From: an uncultured Candidatus Rokubacteria bacterium
Lineage (GTDB): Bacteria > Methylomirabilota > Methylomirabilia > Rokubacteriales > CSP1-6
NCBI GenBank assembly: GCA_963754315.1
Contig: CAVWFS010000001.1
Span: forward strand, 288,001 to 352,000
Length of the DNA: 64,000 bases
Direction of reading: 5' to 3'
Shown here: piece by piece, positions 10,027-19,904 of the stretch
Layout: every line of letters begins with the position of its first letter
Position numbering within the stretch: position 1 is the first letter of the stretch
The notes under the pieces: model-generated
What the model was told of the DNA's origin: nothing
Seen by the model: the letters and a program-made list of their open reading frames with translations, nothing else
Databases searched by the model: none
Made by a program: the position numbers and the translations under genes

Positions 10027-10047
10027 ATGTGGTCATTGTGACCACAT
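10027..10047. promoter_or_regulatory. Probable autoregulatory operator of the TA module
   Basis: Perfect inverted repeat ATGTGGTCA-ttg-TGACCACAT about 20 nt upstream of the antitoxin start. Confidence 0.7.
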
Positions 10048-10221
10048 TAGAACCAGGAGCTGTCAAGCCGCACGCTGCCACGAGCCATGCGACGCCGCCG
10101 AGCGTCCAAGGAGGCGTGGCGCCCTCCGAAAACTCGCCAGCGAGCCCGTGATCGGGGATAGTGTTGGACCATGGGCCGGCTCGACGGAGAGCCGGCGGAT
10201 CCCCGGATCGGGAGGACAGGG

Positions 10222-11403
10222 ATGGCAAGCGCTGATGTGGTGGTCATCGGAGGTGGGGCGAACGGTACCAGTACCGCCTTTCACCTCGCCTCAATGGGTG
10301 TGCACAGGGTCATCCTCGTCGAGCGGCGGGGCTTGGCGGCGGGGGCGACCGGCAAGTCCGGGTCGCTCGTGCGTACCCATTACACCAACGAGGCGGAGTC
10401 GCGCCTGGCCTTCGAGAGCCTCAAGGTCTTCCGGACCTTTCGCGACGTCACCGGCGCCGACTGCGGGTTCGAGCCCATCGGCTTCGTGCAGATCGTGGGG
10501 CGAGGCTACGAGGAAGCCCTGGCCCGCAACGTCGACATGCAGGAGGGCATCGGGATCAAGACGACCATGCTCTCCACCGATGATCTGCGTCGTCTCATGC
10601 CCGGTATCCGCGTGGAGGACATCGGGGGCGCCGCCTGGGAACCCGACTCCGGGTTTGCCGATCCGAACGCCACGACTTTCGCGTTTGCGGCGGCCGCCCG
10701 CCGGCTCGGGGTGGCCATTCGTACCGAGTGCGAGGCCACGCGCATCGTCACCGCGGGCCATCGGGTGGTGGCGGTCGAGACGTCGGAAGGCCGCATCGAC
10801 ACACCGGCAGTGGTACTGGCGCCAGGCGCCTGGGGCAATCGACTGCTCGCGCCGTTAGGCCTCGACTTCGATCTCACCCCGCACCGCGTGCAGATCTCGG
10901 TCTTCCGCTGGCCGGAGGAGGTGCGCGATCGGCCCCACATGGTGGTGATCGATTCCATTCATCACTCCTGGATCCGCCCCGAGGGCTGGCAGTCGACTCT
11001 TATTGGCGTGGAGCTCGGCGTGACTCACGCGGACCCCGATCACTTCAATGAAGGTGTCGATCCCGACTACGTGACCCTCTGCCGAGAGCGCCTGTCCGCC
11101 CGCTTCCCCCTCTTCGCGGGCGCCACCATGCGTGGGGGATGGTCCGGAATGATCATGATGAGCCCGGATGGCCGTCCGATCATCGACCACGTTCCGTCCG
11201 TTCACGGGCTCTATGTGATGCTGGGAGACTCAGGGACCTCGTTCAAGACGTCCCCGGCCATTGGCAAGTGTCTGGCCGAGTGGATCGTCAACGGTCAGGC
11301 GCGGACGGTCGATCTGTGGCCCTTCCGCTCCACGCGCTTCGCCGAAGGCACCCCCTGGGTCGACGAGAACCACTACGGCGGACGCGGGACTATTTCTCGC
11401 TGA
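10222..11403 (+). CDS. FAD-dependent oxidoreductase, DAO / sarcosine oxidase beta-like family
   Basis: DVVVIGGGANG, GATGKSGSLVR, SPDGRPII, GTSFKTSPAIG; GGAGGA SD. Confidence 0.88.
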   Translation: MASADVVVIGGGANGTSTAFHLASMGVHRVILVERRGLAAGATGKSGSLVRTHYTNEAESRLAFESLKVFRTFRDVTGADCGFEPIGFVQIVGRGYEEALARNVDMQEGIGIKTTMLSTDDLRRLMPGIRVEDIGGAAWEPDSGFADPNATTFAFAAAARRLGVAIRTECEATRIVTAGHRVVAVETSEGRIDTPAVVLAPGAWGNRLLAPLGLDFDLTPHRVQISVFRWPEEVRDRPHMVVIDSIHHSWIRPEGWQSTLIGVELGVTHADPDHFNEGVDPDYVTLCRERLSARFPLFAGATMRGGWSGMIMMSPDGRPIIDHVPSVHGLYVMLGDSGTSFKTSPAIGKCLAEWIVNGQARTVDLWPFRSTRFAEGTPWVDENHYGGRGTISR

Positions 11404-11428
11404 GCGATTTCATCGCCCAGCGAGTCAT

Positions 11429-11586
11429 GGGGGGCCTCGGCGGCCCCCCAAGCCCCCCAACGTTCGGGGCGCCCCGGGAAACCCGGGGCACCCCTCGTCA
11501 TACGCTCGCTTTTGGGGCCTCGGCGGCCCCCAAGCCCCCCAACGTTCGGGGCGCCCCGGGAAACCCGGGCACCCCTCGTCACACGC
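11429..11586. repeat. REP-like tandem duplicate (about 83 bp period) between convergent genes
   Basis: Two near-identical copies of ggggcctcggcggccccc...aacgttcggggcgccccgggaaacccggg(g)cacccctcgtca at 11431 and 11514; two hairpins per unit. Confidence 0.85.
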
Positions 11587-11648
11587 CAGCTCTGGGCCTG
11601 GCCTCATCGCCGAGAGGCTCGTGGTGGGTCGGCTTGATGTAGGTGATT

Positions 11649-12073
11649 CTAGAGCCGAGCGCTCCAAGGGGCGCGCGAGACGCGACGTACGAGCACCCTC
11701 ACTGTCGGGCCGGTGAACTGAGTTATTTGCCCCTCCATCTTGTCATCACCGACCGTCAACTCGCCCGTCCACACGCCTGCAGCGCTGCGGACGGTGAAAT
11801 GGAAAGGTCCCCACCCACGCGCCCTTCGAGAGGACCAGACCCGTCACGGGTGAACCCGACCAATGAGACCGTGCCAGTCACCTTTGGCCCTTCTTGGTGG
11901 AGCTCGAGGGTCGCAGTCCTTTGAGCGCCGCCCGGGCTTGTCGAGCGCCCTTCCCAGCTGCCTGAGACATCGACGGTCACCAAGGTGGCCTCAATCCAGT
12001 CGGGACGTGTGACACATCCGCACGTGAACAGCAGGACCGCAGCGGTGAAGGTCGCCCAGGCTGTCTTCACCAT
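11649..12073 (-). CDS. Hypothetical lipoprotein, beta-rich (apparent -1 frameshift near 11804)
   Basis: Hydrophobic N-terminus ending TCGC; adding one T gives GDLFHFTVRSAAGVWTGELTVGDDKMEG...stop at 11649. Confidence 0.6.
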
Positions 12074-12121
12074 CTTCTGCCTCCCACGAAGGCTATGTCC
12101 ACACTCTAGCCGATGCGGCGG

Positions 12122-12940
12122 TCAATCTTTCAGGGAGCCGGCGAGGAGGCCGCGGACGAGGTAGGGCTGGAGCGCGATGACGATGATGACGGGCGGCAGG
12201 CTGGTCAGGATCGACGCGGCGGCGATGTCGCCCCAGGGGACCTCGAAGACACCCGGAAACAGGGCCAGCGCCACCGGCACGGTGCGGCTCGCCTCGGTGG
12301 CCGTGAAGGTGTAGGCGTACAGGAACTCGTTCCAGCTCAGCAGGAACGTAAGCAGCGCTACCGACGCCGCTCCCGGCGCCACCAGAGGCAGCACGATCCA
12401 CCGAAAGATCTGTCCGCGCTTTGCCCCGTCGAGGGAAGCCGCCTGTTCCAGCTCCACTGGAATCTCGCGGATGAAGCCAGCGAGCAACCAAATGACAATG
12501 GGCAGCCCGAGCGCGGTGTGGGCAAGCACGAGGGCCGTCCAAGTGTCGCGCAGGGCGAACGCGCGCATGACCAGGTACAAGGGGCTCACGGTGGCGATCT
12601 GTGGAAGGGCGGTGGCGGCCACGATGCCCAGCAGGAGCCAGCTCTTGCCCCGGATCGGCAGCCGGGCGATAGCGTAGGCGGCCAGGAGCCCAAGAGTGAC
12701 GACGAGTGCAGTGGTGAACAGCGCGATCGCCAGGCTGTTGCCGAGCGCCCTGGGAAGCAGGCTCTGCTCGAACACCACGCGGTAGTGTTCCAGGGTGAAC
12801 CGCGTGGGCAGTAGGGGAGGCAGACGGAGAAGCTCCGCCTCTGGCTTCAACGAAGTCAGCGCCTGCCATGCGTAGGGGAGGGCGTAGATCCCCAGCAGGA
12901 TGAGCACGGCCACGTCGCGCCCGAGTCCTGCCCGCTTCAC
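12122..12940 (-). CDS. Carbohydrate ABC transporter permease (MalG-like)
   Basis: EIPVELEQAASLDGA EAA loop, SWNEFLYA; GTGA overlap. Confidence 0.9.
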   Translation of the reverse strand: MKRAGLGRDVAVLILLGIYALPYAWQALTSLKPEAELLRLPPLLPTRFTLEHYRVVFEQSLLPRALGNSLAIALFTTALVVTLGLLAAYAIARLPIRGKSWLLLGIVAATALPQIATVSPLYLVMRAFALRDTWTALVLAHTALGLPIVIWLLAGFIREIPVELEQAASLDGAKRGQIFRWIVLPLVAPGAASVALLTFLLSWNEFLYAYTFTATEASRTVPVALALFPGVFEVPWGDIAAASILTSLPPVIIVIALQPYLVRGLLAGSLKD

Positions 12941-13809
12941 GCGGCGAGCCCTTCGCGTCGGAGCAGCCGCAGGTAGGCCCACGCCACCGTCATGACGGCG
13001 GCGAACACGGTCACCCCGATGGCCGAGCCGAATCCGAGGTTCAAGGTCTGGAAGAGGCTGCGATACGCATAGACGGTCAGGGTCTCGGTGGTGCCGGCTG
13101 GTCCGCCGCCTGTCAGGACGTACATCAGGTCGAACGCGCGCAGGGCGTCGAGCGTGCGGAAGAGCAGGGCGATCAGGAGGATCTGGCGCAGCGCGGGCAA
13201 TGTCACGTACAGGAACGTGGCCAGCCGCCCGGCCCCGTCCACCTGCGCGGCCTCCCAGAGCTCGCTCGGAATGCTGAGAAGCCGCGCGTAACAAAGCAGC
13301 GCCACGAACGGCATGGTGCGCCAGACGTCGGCCAGCACGAGCCCGGCCAGGGCGAGCGTCGGATCGCCGAGCCAGTTGATCGGGCGACCGCCGAGGACGA
13401 AGTTCACGAGCCCGGCGGTGGGATGGTACAGCCACTCGAAGATCTTGGCCGTTACCACCGACGGCAGCGCCCACGGCAGAAGCAGGAACGACAGGGCGAG
13501 GCGCACGCCGATGCGCTGTCCGCGCAGGGCCAGGGCGACCAACGTTCCCAAGACCAGCTCGAGCCCCACCGAGGTGACGGTGAAGACAAGGGTCACGCGA
13601 ACGGCGTTCCAGAAACGCGGATCACGAACCAGGAACGCGTAGTTGTCGAGCCCGACGAAACGCTCGATACCGAAGATCGGCACTCGCTGCTGAAGCGAGA
13701 GCCACAGCACGGAGAGGGCCGGATAGACCGTGAGCGCCGCCAGCACCACCAGGGCCGGGGTGAGCATCGCGACTCCCAGGCGACGCTCGGCCCGTCCGCG
13801 CGGGTTCAC
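12937..13809 (-). CDS. Carbohydrate ABC transporter permease (MalF-like)
   Basis: FVGLDNY, DVWRTMPF, ELWEAAQVDGA, LTGGGPAGTTET. Confidence 0.9.
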   Translation of the reverse strand: MNPRGRAERRLGVAMLTPALVVLAALTVYPALSVLWLSLQQRVPIFGIERFVGLDNYAFLVRDPRFWNAVRVTLVFTVTSVGLELVLGTLVALALRGQRIGVRLALSFLLLPWALPSVVTAKIFEWLYHPTAGLVNFVLGGRPINWLGDPTLALAGLVLADVWRTMPFVALLCYARLLSIPSELWEAAQVDGAGRLATFLYVTLPALRQILLIALLFRTLDALRAFDLMYVLTGGGPAGTTETLTVYAYRSLFQTLNLGFGSAIGVTVFAAVMTVAWAYLRLLRREGLAA

Positions 13810-15080
13810 GGTCTGGCTGGCGCGAGGGCGCCCAGCAGGTAGGCGAGGCGCTGACGGGTGTCCCTCACGCTCTGGGCCGGCGTCTTGACACCGACGAGCG
13901 CCGCCGACAACTCGGGCTGGAGACTCGTTGAGAGCACGAGGTAGTAGGGCGTGACTGGCCGGGGGCGGGCAGCAAGGGCGAGAGCGAGGATCGCGGGCAT
14001 GGCAGGTTGGCGAGCGATGAGCCCTGCGTCCTCGTACAGTCGCATCCGGGTGGGCCAGAGAGCTGCGCTCTCCGCGATCCGGCGCTGCGCGGCCTCGCTG
14101 GTCATAAAGCGGGCGAGCGAGACGGCCGCCGTCGGATGAAGCGTGTGCCGGTTGACGCCGAGGTGCGAGCCTCCCGTCGACCCAGGGCTGACTCTGCCGT
14201 GAGCGTGGCGCGGCAGCGGCGCGATGCCGACCTTGCCACGCACGGGCGAGTCGGGAAGCTCGAACAGGTCGAGCGCATAGGGCCAACCGCGATAGAAGAT
14301 CGCTCGACCGTCGCCGAACGCGCGCCGACCCAGCTCCTCGTCGGCGGCTGTGACCCACCGCGGGCTGAGCCCCGTCGTGATCAGGGCCCGCATGAAGGCC
14401 AAGACCTCCTCGGCGCGGTCCGGCTCGGGAAAGATGATGTCGCCGGGGCCGAGCAGATCGCTGCCGTTGGCCCACAGTTCCTCGAGCACGTTGACGACGA
14501 GACCCTCGTACTGCTTGCCCTGCCAGAGGAAGCCGTCCAGAGGCGGCGGCTCGGCGGCACGGATCTGCCGGATCTGGGCCGCCATCTCGTCGTAGGTGCG
14601 TGGCGGGGGGAAGCCGTGTCGCGTCAGGAGATCCCGGCGGTAGTAGAGGAGGCCCACGTTCATGTTCCAGGGGAGCCCCCAGAAGCGCCCCCCCTGGGTG
14701 GCGGCGTCGATGGTTGACGGAAAGAACGCCTCGCGCTCGGCGGCCGAAACGTGTGGCGTGAGGTCGAGCAGCCAACCGGCGCGGGCGAACTCGGGGACCC
14801 AGATGACGTCCATCATCATGACGTCGAAACCAGCCCGACCACCCTCGAGGTTGATGACATAGAACTGATGCTGCTCGTCGGCGTTCCAGGGCAGGACCTC
14901 GCTTCTCACCCTGATCCCGGGATGCTGCGCCTCGAATTCTCTGAGAAGGGGGGGAATCGGGTCGTAGGGGCCGATGATCCGAGCGTGCTTGAACACGAGC
15001 TCGACGTCGGTCGTGGTACGTCCGGCGGGCTGGCATCCTCCGAGAAGGATGGCCACGCAGAGAACTGCGGCGGCTCGCAT
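13806..15080 (-). CDS. Carbohydrate ABC substrate-binding lipoprotein (trehalose/maltose-binding-like)
   Basis: Lipobox LLGGC; DVIWVPEFA, LYYRRDLL, QGKQYEGL, RPVTPYY. Confidence 0.88.
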   Translation of the reverse strand: MRAAAVLCVAILLGGCQPAGRTTTDVELVFKHARIIGPYDPIPPLLREFEAQHPGIRVRSEVLPWNADEQHQFYVINLEGGRAGFDVMMMDVIWVPEFARAGWLLDLTPHVSAAEREAFFPSTIDAATQGGRFWGLPWNMNVGLLYYRRDLLTRHGFPPPRTYDEMAAQIRQIRAAEPPPLDGFLWQGKQYEGLVVNVLEELWANGSDLLGPGDIIFPEPDRAEEVLAFMRALITTGLSPRWVTAADEELGRRAFGDGRAIFYRGWPYALDLFELPDSPVRGKVGIAPLPRHAHGRVSPGSTGGSHLGVNRHTLHPTAAVSLARFMTSEAAQRRIAESAALWPTRMRLYEDAGLIARQPAMPAILALALAARPRPVTPYYLVLSTSLQPELSAALVGVKTPAQSVRDTRQRLAYLLGALAPARP

Positions 15081-16469
15081 CAGGTGTCCGGATTGTCCTG
15101 CCGCGTTCTTCGCACCCGTGCCTGAACGTCGCTCACGACATCGCGCTCGAGCGTGATCTCCACCTCGTGATCCTCGACGTCCCAGCGGACCACGTGGGCG
15201 AGCCAACCGAAGATGGGCCGCCGGTGGGGGACCACGTGGCGCCCCCGATAGACGAGGGTGCGCTGCTCGGGCACGCTGAGCTGTTCCCGCGTCTCCGCCT
15301 CGGGTCCGCACAGGCGGAGGACCTGCTCGTGAGTCGTCACCCCGGGTACGATTCGGGCCAAGGTTTCGCGTGAGATGACCACTCCGCTATCACGGGGAGC
15401 CGCGCTCTTGCGCGGGACGATGACAAAATGGGAGCGAAGACTGCGTGCCGTGCGCGTGCCCACGAACCGTAGCAGGGGCGCCGCCAGGTTGCCGAGGATG
15501 AAGAACGCGGTTGGAATGATCACGGGCGCCCACGATCGCCAGCCGGTGAAGTAGCCGAACTGAACGGTGACGAGTTGCGGCGCAATACCCTCGGAAGGGT
15601 CGAGGAAGAGTGACACGACCTCCGTGCTGTCCAGTGTCTCGCTCAGGCGGCGTCGGCTGGAGGGCGGCGACACCTGATCGATCTTGACGTTTCCGGCCAT
15701 CGTGAAGTTCAGCATCAGCTGTGAGGGGTCCTCGGCCAGCCGAATGAGACGATCGCGATGCTCGAAGTAGAGGGGGAAGAGCCCGCGATTGCGCACGTCG
15801 TTAAACGAAAGCGAGATCAGGTACCGGTTGCCCCAGAACACGTTCTCGATCCAGCTGGCCTGCCGCGGTGTCACGAGGCCCCGAGCCTGGAACTGTAGAT
15901 CCATGAGCCGGGCTCGGTTGACCTGGTAGGGCGTCCACGGGATCCGCACATAGGTCACGGGCGCGGTGAGCCCGAGCGCCCCGCCTTGACGGACGAACGT
16001 CACGTAGGGTGCCCCGCCCGGGATCGGGACCGGGGGCTCGTTCGTGTCGACCTGAAACAGGGATTGGGAGGACAAGATCAGCCGTCCCTCGTCGATGACC
16101 GCGAAGCCGCGCTGCTCAACGTATTGAGCGAGGGCCCGCTCGGGCGGACCCACCGTCTGGTCCCCTTGCACCGCGCCGGGCCACAGCAGAAAAACGTCCT
16201 GCTCGAGTTCCGCGGCGCTGCGGTCGGGAGGAATCACCAGACTCCACAAGATTTCCACGGCCACGGGATTGATGCTCGGGGTGACTGTGGCGCGCACGAA
16301 CAGCGGTCCGATCGTGAAGGGTGGGTGGGGTTGGGAGGCGAGGAAGACCTGCCCCGGCGCCGACGCCGGCGCGAGCCCGCCCAGCAGGAGCCCTAGCCCG
16401 AACGCTGCCGCCCGGAGCCAGCGTCTATCGATCGTGCACCGCGGAGGATGGAGCAGGCGCGTCGTCCAT
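15080..16469 (-). CDS. Hypothetical exported/membrane protein (probable +1 frameshift near 16437)
   Basis: Open frame extends upstream of 16297 through a signal-like RRWLRAAAFGLGLLLGGLAPA; TGATG overlaps at both ends; one internal TM segment. Confidence 0.65.
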
Positions 16470-17497
16470 CACAGCCGCACCGGCGCGTAGCCGCTGGCGA
16501 CGTGCTCGGCGAGCGGGAGCTTCTTCTTGATCACGCCGTACTCGAGGAGCGTGTCCTGCATGACGGCCAGGGCCTCAACGCTGATCTGCCCGTCGGCCGG
16601 CAGCAGGGGCCCCGATATCTTGTGCGCTCCCAGCACGGCCTCGGGCGGCCAGCCGAGCGTCTTCGCGCAGATCTCGGCGGCGGCCGGGGGCTGCTCGCGC
16701 ATGAAGGCGACGGCGCGGAAGATCGCCCGCATGCCCTTGCGGATGGCCTCGGAGTTCTTGGCCAGAGAGTCCTCGGAGGTATACAGGATCTGGCTGATCC
16801 ACTTGGGGGTCACCCGATCCATGCGCATCAGCACCTTGGACTTTCCCTGTATCTCGGTCACGGCCCCGCCGTCACCCCACACGAAGGCGGCGATCTCCTT
16901 GCGAGAGAGCGCGGCCAGCTGCGCGTCCAACGCCCCCAGGGCGACGATCTTCACGTCCTTGTCGGGGTCCCAGCCCTGCTCGCGAGCCAACATGCGCGCG
17001 AAGATCCACGTGGTGGACCCCGGCCGCGTGATGCCGATGGCTTTGCCCTTGAGATCGGCGACGCTCTTGACGTCAGGGGCGACGTTGAGCGTGAAGTGGT
17101 TGCCCTCCGTGTGTGTGGCGAGCATCTTGATGGGAGCACCTACTTCGCGGAACACGAAGATGTCCGTACTACCCGTGACGCCGATGAGCACCTCGCCTGT
17201 CAAGACGGCCTTGAGCAAGTCGGGACCGCCCCGGAAAGGCACGAAGTCCGCCTCGAGTCCCTCTTGCTTGAACAGCCCGCGCTCCAGGGCGAGAATCACG
17301 GGACAGGCCATCGCATAGTCTCCAAGCACGGCGGTCCCGATCTTGATGGGCGTCTGCGCGTGCGCGACCCCGCGGCGGTAGAGGTTGCCAAGACCGGCCG
17401 CGACCGTCCCGCTCCACAGGATCTCGCGGCGCGTCAAGGTCCTGCGCGCCACTCGGTCTCGGGGCACGGTCACTTGACATTCTTGCTGTCGGTTCAT
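16469..17497 (-). CDS. NitT/TauT (SsuA-like) ABC substrate-binding protein with Tat-like signal
   Basis: LTRREIL twin-arginine, GLFKQEGL, ADLKGKAIGITRPGSTT; start uncertain. Confidence 0.85.
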   Translation of the reverse strand: MNRQQECQVTVPRDRVARRTLTRREILWSGTVAAGLGNLYRRGVAHAQTPIKIGTAVLGDYAMACPVILALERGLFKQEGLEADFVPFRGGPDLLKAVLTGEVLIGVTGSTDIFVFREVGAPIKMLATHTEGNHFTLNVAPDVKSVADLKGKAIGITRPGSTTWIFARMLAREQGWDPDKDVKIVALGALDAQLAALSRKEIAAFVWGDGGAVTEIQGKSKVLMRMDRVTPKWISQILYTSEDSLAKNSEAIRKGMRAIFRAVAFMREQPPAAAEICAKTLGWPPEAVLGAHKISGPLLPADGQISVEALAVMQDTLLEYGVIKKKLPLAEHVASGYAPVRL

Positions 17498-17580
17498 ACC
17501 TTTACCACGCCTTTCATGAGTGACGCAGCCGTGGAGCGATCGTACTACCTTCACCGCATCGGTCACAACGCGGTCACGTC

Positions 17581-18378
17581 GTGACAGTGTCGCCGGCGGT
17601 CGCGTACCGCGTCGAAGATGGGGTGGCCTGGATCACGCTCAACCGTCCCACCGTCCTCAACGCGCTCAATACGGAACTGGCGGCGGGCCTGGCCGATCAC
17701 GCCGAGTCCGCGGCTGCAGATCCTGACGTCGATGTGGTGATCGTGCGGGGGGAAGGCCGGGCCTTCTGCTCCGGGATGGACCGGACCGCCCTCGCGAGTG
17801 GCGCCGTCGGTGAAGAGTTCTACCGACACTGGATCCGCGGCCTCAACTGCCTGGAGGACATGCCCAAGGTCTCTATCGCGGTGCTCCATGGCTATTCGAT
17901 CGGCGGCGGCCTTCAGCTCTCCCTGGCCTGCGATCTCCGGATCGCTGTGACCGATGCCATCATCGGCCTGGGAGCGACCATGCACGGCATCATTCCCGAC
18001 GGTGCGGTCCTACGTCTGGCGCGTCTGGTGGGCCTCGGGCGGGCCAAGGAGTTGGCGCTCCTGAACGACAACATCGCCGTGGAGGAGGCGCGGGCCATCG
18101 GGCTCGTCAACTGGGTGTGTCCGCCTGATGCGCTGGCGTCTACCTTGGCGGGGGTGATCGCCAAGACCAGACGGGCGGCGCCCACTGCAAATGCTCTCAC
18201 GAAGCGACTCTTGCACGAATCGTTTCAGCGCGATCCGCGCGCCAGCATCGAGGACCTGCTCCAGGCGCAGAACCTCTGCATGACCTCCTGGGAGACGGAG
18301 GAAGCCAATCGAGCCTGGCAGGAGAAGCGAGAGGCCGTGTACCACCCGCGGCCTGCGCGCCGGCCGCATGGCGCGTGA
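17581..18378 (+). CDS. Enoyl-CoA hydratase/isomerase family protein
   Basis: ITLNRPTVLNAL, AFCSGMD, GGGLQLSLACDLRIA. Confidence 0.9.
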   Translation: MTVSPAVAYRVEDGVAWITLNRPTVLNALNTELAAGLADHAESAAADPDVDVVIVRGEGRAFCSGMDRTALASGAVGEEFYRHWIRGLNCLEDMPKVSIAVLHGYSIGGGLQLSLACDLRIAVTDAIIGLGATMHGIIPDGAVLRLARLVGLGRAKELALLNDNIAVEEARAIGLVNWVCPPDALASTLAGVIAKTRRAAPTANALTKRLLHESFQRDPRASIEDLLQAQNLCMTSWETEEANRAWQEKREAVYHPRPARRPHGA

Positions 18379-19123
18379 CACAATCCTCGAGACCGAGGGG
18401 CTCACGAAGGAGTTCCGTGGATTCGTCGCCGTCAAGAACGTCAACCTCTCGGTGAATCGAGGCACCATCCACGCCCTGATCGGCCCCAACGGCGCCGGGA
18501 AGACGACGTGCTTCAACCTCCTCACCCACTTCCTGATCCCCACGCGCGGACGCATTCGCTTCAACGGGCGCGACATCACCGGATCACGGCCGTCGCAGAT
18601 CGCGCGCCTCGGTCTGGTCCGCTCGTTCCAGATCTCGGCCGTCTTCCCGCACCTCTCGGTGCTCGAGAACGTGCGGATCGCGCTGCAGCGCACACGGGGC
18701 CGTTCGTTCGACTTCTGGCGCTCGGAACGCCTCCTGGATCGGCTCAACGGGCGAGCCCTGGAGCTGATCGAGGCCGTGGGGCTCGCCGATTTCTCGGCCA
18801 CGCCCGCGGTGGAGCTGCCGTATGGGCGCAAGCGCGCCCTCGAGATCGCCACGACCCTTGCCCTGGATCCCGAGATGATGTTGCTGGACGAACCCACAGC
18901 CGGCATGGCTCACGAGGATGTGGCGCGGATCTCCGCCCTCATCAAGACGGTCGCCGCCAACCGCACTATTCTGATGGTCGAGCACAATCTGAGCGTGGTG
19001 GAAAACCTCTCCGACACCATCACCGTGCTGTCGCGCGGCGAGGTGCTCGCCGAGGGCAGCTACGCCAACGTGTCCAAGAATCCCGAGGTGATCCAGGCCT
19101 ACATGGGTTCCGGGCATGCCTGA
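18368..19123 (+). CDS. livG: Branched-chain amino acid ABC ATPase
   Basis: GPNGAGKTT, LVRSFQ, LPYGRKR, LLDEPTAG. Confidence 0.9.
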   Translation: MARDTILETEGLTKEFRGFVAVKNVNLSVNRGTIHALIGPNGAGKTTCFNLLTHFLIPTRGRIRFNGRDITGSRPSQIARLGLVRSFQISAVFPHLSVLENVRIALQRTRGRSFDFWRSERLLDRLNGRALELIEAVGLADFSATPAVELPYGRKRALEIATTLALDPEMMLLDEPTAGMAHEDVARISALIKTVAANRTILMVEHNLSVVENLSDTITVLSRGEVLAEGSYANVSKNPEVIQAYMGSGHA

Positions 19124-19868
19124 CACCTTGATCGCCGCGGGATCGACCGCCCATCCGACGGGCGGCGCCCCTGCGCTGCTCTCCGTGCGGGGACTGCACG
19201 CCTGGTACGGGGAGTCACACATCCTTCACGGGGTTGACCTGGATATCGCGACGGGCGAGGTGGTCACCTTGCTCGGGCGGAACGGGGCGGGAAAGACGAC
19301 GACCTTGAAGGCGATCATGGGCATCGTGACCGCGCGGCGCGGGTCGATCCGGTTCGGCGATCAGGAGCTCATTGCCCGGCCCTCGAACGGCATCGCGCGC
19401 TTGGGGTTGGCGTTCTGTCCTGAGGAGCGCGGAATCTTCGCCAGCTTGAACGTGGAGGAGAACCTGCTCTTGCCGCCGCGGGTGGCGAGTGGGGGACTGT
19501 CGACGGAGGCGATACTCGAGCTGTTCCCGAACCTCAAGGAGCGCCTGCGCAGCCAGGGCACCAAGCTCTCGGGTGGCGAGCAGCAGATGCTGGCCATCGG
19601 CCGCATCCTGCGCACGGGGGCTCGCCTTCTCCTGCTCGACGAGCCCACGGAGGGCCTCGCCCCCGTCATCGTCCAGCAGATCGGCCGTACCATCCATCGC
19701 CTCAAGGCGGAAGGATTCACGATCTTGCTCGTCGAGCAGAACTTTCGTTTCGCGGCCACCGTGGCCGACCGTCACTACGTGATGGAGCACGGGCGGATCG
19801 CCGACATGATCCCCAATGCAGCTCTCGAGGTCAGCATGGACAAGCTGCACCAGTATCTCGGAGTGTAG
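19116..19868 (+). CDS. livF: Branched-chain amino acid ABC ATPase
   Basis: GRNGAGKTT, LSGGEQQMLAIGR, LLDEPTEGLAP, VEQN. Confidence 0.9.
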   Translation: MPDTLIAAGSTAHPTGGAPALLSVRGLHAWYGESHILHGVDLDIATGEVVTLLGRNGAGKTTTLKAIMGIVTARRGSIRFGDQELIARPSNGIARLGLAFCPEERGIFASLNVEENLLLPPRVASGGLSTEAILELFPNLKERLRSQGTKLSGGEQQMLAIGRILRTGARLLLLDEPTEGLAPVIVQQIGRTIHRLKAEGFTILLVEQNFRFAATVADRHYVMEHGRIADMIPNAALEVSMDKLHQYLGV

Positions 19869-19904
19869 AGACAACCAAACAGATCAGCGAAAGGAGTCGT
19901 TGGC

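Noticed and set aside
9219..10100. TA module as part of a mobile element
   Set aside because: No integrase, transposase, terminal repeats or target-site duplication visible
10080..10221. Glycine riboswitch upstream of the DAO-family gene
   Set aside because: GGAGA is present but I could not find the other conserved elements (GCCGAAG, CTCTCAGG)
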